In this document: piece by piece, positions 40,601 through 52,340 of the stretch
Layout of the letters: each line of letters starts with the position of its first letter
Position numbering within the stretch: position 1 is the first letter of the stretch
Source of the DNA: Octopus sinensis
Taxonomy: Eukaryota
Reading direction: 5' to 3'
NCBI RefSeq assembly: GCF_006345805.1
Contig: NC_043020.1
Span: forward strand, 25,978,001 to 26,042,000
DNA: 64,000 nucleotides
Translations under genes and position numbers: made by a program
Notes under the pieces: generated by a model
What the model was told of the DNA's origin: nothing
The model's database searches: none
Seen by the model: only the letters and a program-made list of their open reading frames with translations

Positions 40601-43600
40601 CTAGGCCGCTGGTGGCAAAAAAAAATTGTACAAAATTTTTTTGCCCCCTAATATTGATTAATTATGAATTTTCTGGTTAATTCCGTAATGGAATCGGCGG
40701 CTTTATTTATTTGCTGCCGATAAATTGTGGCGCGAGTGCGATGATTTCAAAATTTTAGGTCAGATATTGCCGATGGCAGGGACTGGAAATGCCTCGTGAA
40801 AATATCTGTTCCGACTTGGCTATTTCTTACTGATGATTCTAAGGGCCTATGGAAGATTGGCTTGATTTAATTTAATCAGGTTAGTTTACCATTAAACAGT
40901 AGATGAAACGGTGCATCGTATAAGAAATTACAGGGTAAATGTTTTTTAAATTTTCCCCTGGTTTACGGAATTGATGTTTTTTGCGGTTGAAGCATTGGCT
41001 GTTATTTCTAGTGGGTGAATGGCCTATTATGGCCGTTCCTTGATTGTGATGTTGAACTTAAAAATGGTCTATGACTATTTATTTTTTTCCCACTAGGCCG
41101 CTGGTGGCAAAAAAAATTGTACAAAATTTTTTGCCACCCTATATTAATTAATTATGAATTTTCTGGTTAATTCCGTAATGGAATCGGCGGCTTATATTTA
41201 TTTGCTGCCGATAAATTTGGCGCGAGTGCGATGATTTGAAAATTTTAGGTCAGATATTGCCGAGGCAGGGACGGAAATGCCTCGTGAAAATATCTGTTCC
41301 GACTTGGCTATTTCTTACTGATGATTCTAAGGCCTATGGAAGATTGGCTTGATTTAATTTAATCAGGTTAGTTTACCATTAAACAGTAGATGAAACGGTG
41401 CATCGTATAAGAAATTACAGTGTAAATGTTTTTTAATTTTCTCCTGGTTTACGGAATTGATGTTATTTTGCGGTTGAAGCTTTTGGCTGTTATTTCTAGT
41501 GGGTGAATGGCCTATTATGGCCGTTCCTTGATTGTGATGTTGAACTTAAAAATGGTCTATGACTATTTAATTTTTTCCCACTAGGCCGCTGGTGGCAAAA
41601 AAAAATTGTACAAAATTTTTTGGCACCCTATATTGATTAATTATGAATTTTCTGGTTAATTCCGTAATGGAATCGGCGGCTTATATTTATTTGCTGCCGA
41701 TAAATTTGGCGCGAGTGCGATGATTTGAAAATTTTAGGTCAGATATTGCCGAGGCAGGGACAGAAATGCCTCGTGAAAATATCTGTTCCGACTTGGCTAT
41801 TTCTTACTGATGATTCTAAGGGCCTATGGAGATTGGCTTGATTTAATTTAATCAGGTTAGTTTACCATTAAACAGTAGATGAAACGGTGCATCGTATAAG
41901 AAATTACAGGGTAAATGTTTTTTAATTTTCTCCTGGTTTACGGAATTGATGTTATTTTGCGGTTGAAGCATGGGCTGTTATTTCTAGTGGGTGAATGGCC
42001 TATTATGGCCGTTCCTTGATTGTGATGTTGAACTTAAAAATGGTCTATGACTATTTAATTTTTTCCCACTAGGCCGCTGGTGGCAAAAAAAAATTCTACA
42101 AAATTTTTTGCCACCCTATATTGATTAATTATGAATTTTCTGGTTAATTCCGTAATGGAATCGGCGGCTTATATTTATTTGCTGCCGATAAATTTGGCGC
42201 GAGTGCGATGATTTCAAAATTTTAGGTCAGATATTGCCGAGGCAGGGACGGAAATGCCTCGTGAAAATATCTGTTCCGACTTGGCTATTTCTTACTGATG
42301 ATTCTAAGGGCCTATGGAAGATTGGCTTGATTTAATTTAATCAGGTTAGTTTACCATTAAACAGTAGATGAAACGGTGCATCGTATAAGAAATTACAGGG
42401 TAAATGTTTTTTTAAGTTTCCCCTGGTTTACGGAATTGATGTTATTTTGCGGTTGAAGCATTGGCTGTTATTTCTAGTGGGTGAATGGCCTATTATGGCC
42501 GTTCCTTGATTTTGATGTTGAACTTAAAAATGGTCTATGACTATTTAATTTTTTCCCACTAGGCCGCTGGTGGCAAAAAAAAATTGTACAAAATTTTTTG
42601 CCACCCTATATTGATTAATTATGAATTTTCTGGTTAATTCCGTAATGGAATCGGCGGCTTATATTTATTTGCTGCCGATAAATTTGGCGCGAGTGCGATG
42701 ATTTCAAAATTTTAGGTCAGATATTGCCGAGGCAGGGACGGAAATGCCTCGTGAAAATATCTGTTCCGACTTGGCTATTTCTTACTGATGATTCTAAGGG
42801 CCTATGGAAGATTGGCTTGATTTAATTTAATCAGGTTAGTTTACCATTAAACAGTAGATGAAACGGTGCATCGTATAAGAAATTACAGGGTAAATGTTTT
42901 TTAATTTTCCCCTGGTTTACGGAATTGATGTTATTTTGCGGTTGAAGCATTGGCTGTTATTTCTAGTGGGTGAATGGCCTATTATGGCCGTTCCTTGATT
43001 GTGATGTTGAACTTAAAAATGGTCTATGACTATTTAATTTTTTCCCACTAGGCCGCTGGTGGCAAAAAAAAATTGTACAAAATTTTTTGCCACCCTATAT
43101 TAATTAATTATGAATTTTCTGGTTAATTCCGTAATGGAATCGGCGGCTTATATTATTTGCTGCCGATAAATTGGCGCGAGTGCGATGATTTGAAAATTTT
43201 AGGTCAGATATTGCCGAGGCAGGGACGGAAATGCCTCGTGAAAATATCTGTTCCGACTTGGCTATTTCTTACTGATGATTCTAAGGGCCTATGGAAGATT
43301 GGCTTGATTTAATTTAATCAGGTTAGTTTACCATTAAACAGTAGATGAACGGTGCATCGTATAAGAAATTACAGTGTAAATGTTTTTTAATTTTCTCCTG
43401 GTTTACGGAATTGATGTTATTTTGCGGTTGAAGCATTGGCTGTTATTTCTAGTGGGTGAATGGCCTATTATGGCCGTTCCTTGATTGTGATGTTGAACTT
43501 AAAAATGGTCTATGACTATTTAATTTTTTCCCACTAGGCCGCTGGTGGCAAAAAAAAATTGTACAAAATTTTTTGCCACCCTATATTGATTAATTATGAA

Positions 43601-44469
43601 TTTTCTGGTTAATTCCGTAATGGAATCGGCGGCTTATATTTATTTGCTGCCGATAAATTTGGCGCGAGTGCGATGATTTGAAAATTTTAGGTCAGATATT
43701 GCCGAGGCAGGGACAGAAATGCCTCGTGAAAATATCTGTTCCGACTTGGCTATTTCTTACTGATGATTCTAAGGGCCTATGAAGATTGGCTTGATTTAAT
43801 TTAATCAGGTTAGTTTACCATTAAACAGTAGATGAAACGGTGCATCGTATAAGAAATTACAGGGTAAATGTTTTTTAATTTTCTCCTGGTTTACGGAATT
43901 GATGTTATTTTGCGGTTGAAGCATTGGCTGTTATTTCTAGTGGGTGAATGGCCTATTATGGCCGTTCCTTGATTGTGATGTTGAACTTAAAAATGGTCTA
44001 TGACTATTTAATTTTTTCCCACTAGGCCGCTGGTGGCAAAAAAAAATTCTACAAAATTTTTTGCCACCCTATATTGATTAATTATGAATTTTCTGGTTAA
44101 TTCCGTAATGGAATCGGCGGCTTATATTTATTTGCTGCCGATAAATTTGGCGCGAGTGCGATGATTTGAAAATTTTAGGTCAGATATTGCCGAGGCAGGG
44201 ACGGAAATGCCTCGTGAAAATATCTGTTCTGACTTGGCTATTTCTTACTGATGATTCTAAGGGCCTATGGAAGATTGGCTTGATTTAATTTAATCAGGTT
44301 AGTTTACCATTAAACAGTAGATGAAACGGTGCATCGTATAAGAAATTACAGGGTAAATGTTTCTTAATTTTCTCCTGGTTTACGGAATTGATGTTATTTT
44401 GCGGTTGAAGCATTGGCTGTTATTTCTAGTGGGTGAATGGCCTATTATGGCCGTTCCTTGATTGTGATG
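37681..44469 (+). repeat. Tandem array of 14 units of ~488 bp (last one truncated), each with a hammerhead motif: candidate non-LTR retrozyme array
   Basis: CCACTAGGCCGCTGG starts at 37681, 38169, 38654, 39142, 39628, 40113, 40598, 41090, 41578, 42066, 42556, 43045, 43531 and 44019. Units differ by few SNPs and small indels. The array plus its inverted copy is flanked by (TA)n on both sides. Confidence 0.97.
37902..38007 (+). ncRNA. Type I hammerhead ribozyme motif (unit 1; repeated in each array unit)
   Basis: Stem I ATTTCTTA 37902-37909 / TAAGAAAT 38000-38007; CTGATGA 37910-37916; stem II TCTA 37918-37921 / TAGA 37979-37982 enclosing a longer hairpin; GAAA 37984-37987; stem III ACGGT-GC-ATCGT; triplet GTA 37997-37999. 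Confidence 0.8.
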
Positions 44470-44843
44470 ATATATATATATATATATAAACGGCAGTTTG
44501 TCTGTGTGTCTGTTAGGTTGTACCCTCACCCTGACCACGGCTTTCAACCGATTCTGATGAAACTTGATACGCACATAGCCCAATGTCATAATTCAAAACT
44601 AACGCAGCGAAAATTTTGAAAAGTTCCCCCAGTTCTGAAAAAAATCGATAAATTCGACATGGGGTCGAGAATCAGAAACACAAACCACAGACTGTCTAGG
44701 GGACGCAACTCGACCTTTTAACTCTCAAAAAAATTTACCATAATTTTTTTCCCATTTTTTTGCTATTTTTTGGCTATAACTCTCTAAAAATGCTTTATAG
44801 TTATTGCCCTTACAAACCCGAGCAACGCCGGGTGATACTGCTA

Positions 44844-44844
<1 letters not shown>
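44470..44844 (+). mobile_element. Non-autonomous Helitron-like element
   Basis: 3' hairpin CCCGAGCAACGCCGGG (44817-44832) followed by GATACTGCTAG|T. The 5' end is (TA)nAAA then TGTCTGTGTGTCTG and ACCGATTCTGATGAAACTTG. No 5' TC is visible. Confidence 0.7.
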
Positions 44845-44879
<35 letters not shown>

Positions 44880-45251
44880 GATTCTCCAGCCAGGTTTATT
44901 TTATTCGTGATACTTGTAATTCATCTCTGTGTTGATCTTAGCTTTGTTCGGTGTTATATTGGCAAAGATGTATAGTATGTAAGTGTTGTCTACTAATATT
45001 TTCCTAGCAGGTTCCCGTATATGTGGCGAAGCAATTCGCCAATGCTCTTTACTAGAAAAATAACGGCGACATGAGGTTAGGTTACTTCATGTTCAGAATA
45101 TAAAAGTGAAAATCTCGAAACATCAATGATATAATTAAGAACCGGGTTGTTTCAAACATAATGCAAGAGATTTATGCGAAGATATAATATATACAATTTA
45201 TAGAGAAGATAAAGCCAAAATACTATCACGTTTTCAGTGCATCATATTTAT

Positions 45252-45298
<47 letters not shown>

Positions 45299-45439
45299 GT
45301 GTGTGTGTGTACACATACAATACAGATATATATATATATAAACACATATATACACATACATATATCTATATATATTAATATGTATCCATATATATATATA
45401 TATATTATATACATATGTTTATATATATGTATATATGTG

Positions 45440-45474
<35 letters not shown>

Positions 45475-45481
45475 GTATATA

Positions 45482-45541
<60 letters not shown>

Positions 45542-45847
45542 TAGATAGATAGATAGATAGATATAGATATAGATATATATATATATGTGTGTATACATAT
45601 ATACATATGTGTGTATACAATTATATATATATGTGTGTGTATACAATTATATATGTATGTGTGTATATACATACATATATATATATGAAAAAGAGAGAAA
45701 GAGAGAGAGAGAGAAATTATGAAATGGAGTCGAACGCAGGGATTATTCAAATCATTTAAACTTCCATCTATCGTAAGTTTCGGAAACGGCATTGAGTAAT
45801 ATCCTTGGCATTTACGTGAATTTGTGCTACTATTTAATTATATATCC

Positions 45848-46240
45848 TTTTACTCTTTTGCTCTTTTACTTGTTTCAGTCATTGGACTGCGGCCATGCTG
45901 GAGAACCGCCTTTAGTCGAGCAAATCGACCCCAGGACTAATTCTTTGTAAGCCTAGTACTTATTCGATCGGTCTCTTTTGCAGAACCGCTAAGTTACGTG
46001 GACGTAAACACACCGACATCGGTTGTCAAGTGATGTTGGGGGTACAAACACAGACACAAAAACATACACATATACATATACATACATACGACGAGCTTCT
46101 TTCAGATCCGTCTACCAAATCCACTGACAAGGATTTGGTCGGCCTGAGGCTATAGTAGAAGACAATTGTCCAAGGTGCCACGCAGTGGGACTGAACCGGG
46201 AACTATGTGGCTAGTAAGCAAGCTACCAACTACACAGCCA
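45848..46240 (-). mobile_element. tRNA-derived SINE, family B
   Basis: (TACTCTTT)n tail, CGGCCATGCTGGAG, AACCCGATGTCGG-type body, internal (CA/TA)n and head GGGACTGAACC (B-box reverse complement). Confidence 0.88.
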
Positions 46241-46400
46241 ATATATATATGCATACATACATACATACATACATACATACATACATACATACATACATAC
46301 ATACATACATACATACATACATACATACACACACAGACACATATATATCTGTGTTTGCGTGTGTATTTGTACAGACATACATAAATACACTCCAATTGTA

Positions 46401-46522
46401 TGACGACGTGTTTTGACGACGTGTTTTTTGACGACGTGTTTTCTGACGACGTGTTTTTTGATGATGTGCTTTTTGACGTGTTTTTTGACGACGTGTTTTA
46501 TGACGACGTGTTTTTGACGACG
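46401..46522. repeat. Minisatellite, ~9 copies of TGACGACGTGTTTT(T)
   Basis: Directly visible, unit 12-16 bp. Confidence 0.92.
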
Positions 46523-46744
46523 CTGAATATCGAAGAATAAGTTTATAAGCTCTTATTATCCCCAACAACATGCAATTCTCGCTGATAAGAATAAAGTTTC
46601 TAAGATGAATAAAGAAATTGGATAGACTACTTTGGTCCAACGGCAGAATGCCTGCTATGTTTGCAACAGATGTGGGTTTGAGTCCCATAAACGGCCTTTG
46701 AATATTTTCTACTCTATATGTATATGTGTGTATGAGTATGCATC

Positions 46745-47115
46745 TTTATTTGTTTCAATCACTATGTTGTAGCCATGCTGGAGCACCGCCTGAAAAATGT
46801 TTATTAGAATAAATCGAACCAAGAATTCAGTTTTTATTCCTCTTCTTTTAAGCCTGGTATTTATTCTTTTGCCGAACTGCTAGGTACAGGGACATAAACA
46901 CATCATCACCGGCGGTGGACAAAAACATTAAAAAAAACACACATACTCATATATATTTATACTCGACGGGCTTCTTTCAGTTTCCTTTTATCAAGTCCAC
47001 TCATAAAGCCTTGGTCAACCCGAGGCTATAGAAGAAGAAAAATGCCCAAGATGCCACTCAGTGTGACTGAACCCAGTTGGGAAGAAAGCTTCTTATCACT
47101 CAGGCACACCTGTGC
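46745..47115 (-). mobile_element. Family B SINE, diverged
   Basis: GCCATGCTGGAGCACCGCC, CGACGGGCTTCTTTCAGTTTCC and GAGGCTATAG motifs. Confidence 0.75.
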
Positions 47116-48121
47116 CTTAACACCTCTCCCATATATATGTGTGTGTGAGTATACAGGTATACAGGTATGTATGCTTCTACCTGCTTTCTTATTTTTTAAA
47201 ATTATTTCTTTAATGTAAGTCTACATATGTTATACAAGACGATTTGGTTGCTATTTCTAGCAAAAGTCGAGTCTATTATACCGCAAATGCATAACAACAC
47301 ATCGTTCCCCTTCACGTAAAATGAAATGAAAAGCAGAACCTTCCAAACAACTTCAATTCTACACCCACCCGTAAAAAAAAGTGAAAACAAGCAGAAAAAA
47401 GTCCTACTTCCCCAACAACAACAACAAGAATAATAACTACAACAAAAACAAAAACAAAATGAAATATGAATTAATAAAAAAAAAATGAGAAACATTCCTA
47501 CAAAAACAAATTAAGAATTACACTATTTATATTTGGAAATATTATCGAAGTGTAGAACTAACAAGAATTTTAATTAATCTGTGAATATCAAATTCTATTT
47601 TATTCAATATTTCAAAATAGATAAAAAGAAGATAAAAAATATAAGGAAAAATAAAAAACAAATACAAACGTATAAATATAACGAAATAAATAATTAACAA
47701 AACACAGATTATATTAAAAGAGTGAATAAAAATTGATTATAAGTCATGCTGGAATTTTGTATTCTTGTCACGAAAAGTCTGCTAATATCATAGAAACGTT
47801 TCCATTATGGAAGGTCTTTATAAAGAATTTTTCTAAAGGTGCTTCCCAGATAGATTATGCATGTAATCTTAACAGAATACGTAGATGGAAATTCTCTATC
47901 TTTAGAAATACATAAACCTTAGCATCTCTCTCTCTCTCTCTTTCTCTCTTTCTCTCTCTCTCTCTCTTTCTTTCGTTCCCACTCTTATCTTGCTGTAGTA
48001 ATAGTAGTAGTGGTGGTGACGATTGCTGTGGGTTTTATGGTACTACTACTACTGTAGTAGTAGTACTAGTAGTAGTATTGGTAGTAGTAGTAATATTAGT
48101 AGTTGTAGTAGTAGTAGCAGT

Positions 48122-48165
<44 letters not shown>

Positions 48166-48243
48166 TAGTAATAGTAGTAGTTCTTGATATTGTTGTTGTT
48201 GAATGTCGATATTCCGACCGTATATATATATATATATATTATA

Positions 48244-48391
48244 ATTTAGGGTATCTAAGAGACACCACCACGCTGGAAATAGCAGTCAAAACTTGACTCT
48301 AAAACCACATTAAATGTTCATTTAATGTCGTTTTAGAGTCAGGTTTTGACTGTCATTTCCAGCGTGCAGGTATCTCTTAGATACCCTAAAT
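48244..48391. other. 148-bp near-perfect palindrome (MITE or hairpin-RNA locus)
   Basis: ATTTAGGGTATCTAAGAGA..ACGCTGGAAAT..CAGTCAAAACTTGACTCTAAAAC.ACATTAAATG-TT-CATTTAATGT.GTTTTAGAGTCAGGTTTTGACTG..ATTTCCAGCGT..TCTCTTAGATACCCTAAAT. Confidence 0.85.
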
Positions 48392-48496
48392 AATAATTTT
48401 AAATAATTATCACATTTGAAAAGTTTTTATTCCCATACTGGCCACCTGATAAGATTGGTATTTTAAATATCGATCTTATCCTAATTATGTAAATTT

Positions 48497-48557
<61 letters not shown>

Positions 48558-48949
48558 GTCTGTGTCTGTGTATATAAAAGACATACACTAAATACACAGG
48601 CGAACAGAAAGCACAGAAGATCCCTCGACCGTCCACTAATAGTCTCGGTTTGTCATGTTTTCCTCCCATTCTCCGCAAGTTTCTTGTCGGTGCCTGCAGA
48701 ATGCAAGCAATATTATCGATAATGATCGAAATTGCGTTAGACCTCCTGATCGATAACTGATGAGGGGTTGGTGATCTTCTGTGTTTTCTGTTCACCCGTC
48801 TACTTAGTTTATTGGTTTGTTAATTTACTACACGTTTTCTTTTAATTATAGAGGTCTGTCAAATTTTCCGTGATCTCTTTTATTTAATCCTGAAAATATT
48901 ATTTCTGTAATCCACGCACTCCTTAAAGTTTTACCCTATATATATATGT

Positions 48950-49255
48950 GAAGGCGCATGGCTCAGTGGTTAGAGCGTCGAGCTTACGATCGTGAGGTTG
49001 TGAGCTCGAATCCCGGACCGGGCTGCGTGTTGTGTTCTTGAGCAAGGCACTTTATTTCACGTTGCGACGTCACAGGTGCCAAGCTGTATCGGCCTTTGTC
49101 TTTCCCTTGGATAACACTGGTGGCGTGGAGAGGGGAGGCCGGTATGCATGGGCGACTGCTGGTCTTCCATAAACAACCTTGCCCGGACTTGTGTCTAGGA
49201 GGGTAACTTTCTAGGTGCAATCCCATGGTCATTCATGACCGAAGGGGGTCTTTTT
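48950..49255 (+). mobile_element. tRNA-derived SINE, family D, between (TA)n tracts
   Basis: A-box TGGCTCAGTGG, B-box-like GAGCTCGAATCC, TGTGTTCTTGAGCAAGGCACTTT central motif and T-rich 3' end. Confidence 0.8.
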
Positions 49256-51968
49256 TTCTTTATATATATATATATATATATATATATGAGGGCGCCGCTA
49301 GATCGGGATTTCTGTTCCTAGACCGAATGGTGATTATGTTTTAGAGCAAAATACTTCTTCTCATGCTGCTATACGGTCACTTCGACCTCAGACACGTAGT
49401 ATATATATTCACCAGTTCAGGTAAGGTCAATATGGTGGAGTGAGTGACCTAATGTTCGGCACTATAAAGAAATCATTTATGCAAGTCATTCGGCAAAGCC
49501 GAACTGTCACACGTCATCTTCGACGGGAGACGGGAAAGTTTGACATTCGCTCTTCTGGTTCCGATAAAGAATCTACCTGTGCAGAACAGTATTCAAGACC
49601 ATAAAGAATTTGTCAAAATTGTATAGAGAGGTTCTTAAACATGCGGCCATATTTTTTGCTATGTAAGCGTTGTTTGGGCTCCAGGAAAGTCTTTGATTAA
49701 AATATCTCCATTCATTCTATCTTCACTTGCTCGATCCGTTTTTATTTTTCAGTTTATTTAATAGTAGAGTATCATTAAGATGCGTCAATGTGATTTTTCT
49801 TAAACGTGATAGAGTGAAGATTTGAAAGAAGTTTGACCATTATTTCTACCAAGACGTTTTGATTGTACGTTTCGCAGCAGCTGCAACGAAATGAATAGTG
49901 GATAATTAGTAAAGAGATTTGTTAATTAGTCATGCCGTGATAAATATTGACACTGAGACTAAGTTAACAGCTACAATCCATTAATTGTATTCGTTTGCAC
50001 TCATACGTAGGACTTGGCAAAATAGATCTAGGAACATTTCAAAAATATGCACCAACATTTCAAAACAAGATTCTACTTTGGTCATACTACGCAGTCTCAC
50101 AAGAACTAAAAATAACAGCTAAGTTTCCTTTGTCGTTGTCTAGTACCAAACATGTAAACATCTTGATAAATGGATTTATCTTGCGTGCCCCTAAGTCATG
50201 TCTCTTGTTATTTAATCTTACCTGGTTTTAAACAGTTTCTTTTTGGCCATTTCACCGCCTAGAAATAGATGTCGGTCATATTGTACAAAAAAAAGGAAAA
50301 CACATGGTACTATGTTGTCCTATGTATTAGATTAATATATAAATATATAAACTCTTGACATAATATGCATTCTAGATAAATCTTCACCATCTTCTTTTTC
50401 TTTTTATGTTTGGTCATAAATAGCCATAGCCATTTAGAAGTTTGTACTGTATTGTTATGGATTAAGCGGAAGCATAAAGTGTAAAATTCATCCTATTTTT
50501 ACCTACAACGAAACTCGTGGCAGGCGATGGAAGATGGCAAAAAATATGAGCCTAACAGTCAACCTTCAGTCAGAGCATATGTTCTGAATACTAGCAACAA
50601 AATGGTCGCAACTAGAACTGAACTGCAAAAGTGACTGGTCTTAAACTCAGGTGATTAATGCATTCCATTTAACTGCCTTTACTTTCCATTTCATGCTCAA
50701 GAGAGCCTAATATCCAATAGAAATAAATAAGAAGCTGAAAGATGGCAAATATCTCACATATCAGCCTAACACTGCAAAATTGGATTAATATAAATGTCAA
50801 TGGTTTGCCTCAGTAAGGAGCATGGCGATCGGTTTCCTGGTTACTCTAGCATATATATTCTTCCCTGCACGGGATGCCGGTCCGTTGCAGAAATATTAGT
50901 TTTCACCATCTGAGTGGAATTGGAGCAACATAGAATTAAGAATTTTGCTCAAGAATACAACGCATCGCTCGGTCTAGGAATTTTACGATCATGTTTCTAA
51001 CATCGCTAACCACTAAGCCACAGACCTCCACCTGAAACTAATAATGGTTTCAAATTTTGACAGTAGGTCAGCAATTCCGAGTGGGAGCTGAGACGATCAT
51101 GAGTCCAAAAAGGTTACCACTAAGCTATTCACCGCCACATAAATGCCAATGGATTGACATAAAGCATCTTCTTCAAATGATGTGTAGCAAAAGCTGAACT
51201 TATTACATGTATACCGATTCTTGTTTGAATCCGTATAGTGAAGCTCTCTGTAATTATTTAATTCCATAGTTATATGCGCTAAATACTCCCCAGTCTAAGC
51301 ATGGCGTTTTTATAACGTAAGTGTCCATAAATTAATGCAATGCAATAAATCGTAACGTAACACGAACGGATTATAGTTGTAATGATAATGGCCGTAGGTC
51401 TTCACTACGAATAATTAAACTTCACCCTTAGAATAGCCTTGTCAGCGAAGAGTAGCCTTCACCTGAACTTACTACCGCAGGAATGTAAGCAGCAGTATAT
51501 AAGTATACAAAACTGCATTAATTAGAGTAGTGAAGTAAGAGTATATTCACAAAATACATTATACGAGGACGCCATTTACATAAAAGAAATACTTAAGTTT
51601 GTATAAATATATTTAATGCGGGAGCCATTAAAATGAGTTAACAAAAAATAATTAATGGTGAGACACACATAAACTGATAGAATAGTTAAGTTAGTGTTAA
51701 TATATTTTAATTCGGAAAGTATTGAAATCTAACGAGAAATAATTATGCAGTGAGGAAGAAACAAATTTTGTTACCGACTAAAAAAATATTTAAATTATTT
51801 TCAGCAATCATAGTAAAAACTGTGACTTCATTAGAAAAGCAGAGAAGCCATTATAGAATCCGACAAACCAAAAAAAACATAATAATGTTAACGCAAATGA
51901 GAAAGGAAAGAAAATTAAAGCAATCTGAAAAGAAGTAACAAGATTTTGAATCCAAACCTAAATTTACG

Positions 51969-52340
51969 CAGGCGCAGACATGGCTCGGAGTTAGGAACTT
52001 CGCGTCCAGCCAAATGCATCCGAGTTCGTACCACCGTGTGGCCCCTCGCTCAAGTGTCTTCTGTTATGGACCCGGGTCGACCAAAGTATTGTGAGTGAAT
52101 TCGGTAGAGGGAAACTGAAAGAAGCCTGTTATAAATATGTATGTGTGTCCGTGTGCTTTTGTGTGCATGTGTCTCCCTCACCCTGCTTAACAACCGACCG
52201 GTGTTGGTTTGCTGACCTCCCCGTAACTTAGTGTTTCGCGAAGAGAGACCGATAGAATAAATAATAGATGTTAATAAAGAAGTACTGGATTCGATGTGTT
52301 CGACTAAAAATCCTCAATGATTGTAGTCCAATGAAGGAAA
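51969..52340 (+). mobile_element. Family B SINE, diverged
   Basis: GGCGCAGACATGGCT..., GAGTTCG, GGAAACTGAAAGAAGCC and GAGACCGATAGAATAA motifs. Confidence 0.75.

Noticed and set aside
37681-44469. Array read as a CRISPR array or a 5S/tRNA/snRNA gene cluster
   Set aside because: There are no unique spacers, the whole 488-bp unit repeats, and it has no recognisable 5S, tRNA or snRNA sequence.
48590-48800. Possible minus-strand host exon after TTGCATTCTGCAG
   Set aside because: The acceptor-like site is present, but no frame gives a recognisable protein and no partner exons were found.
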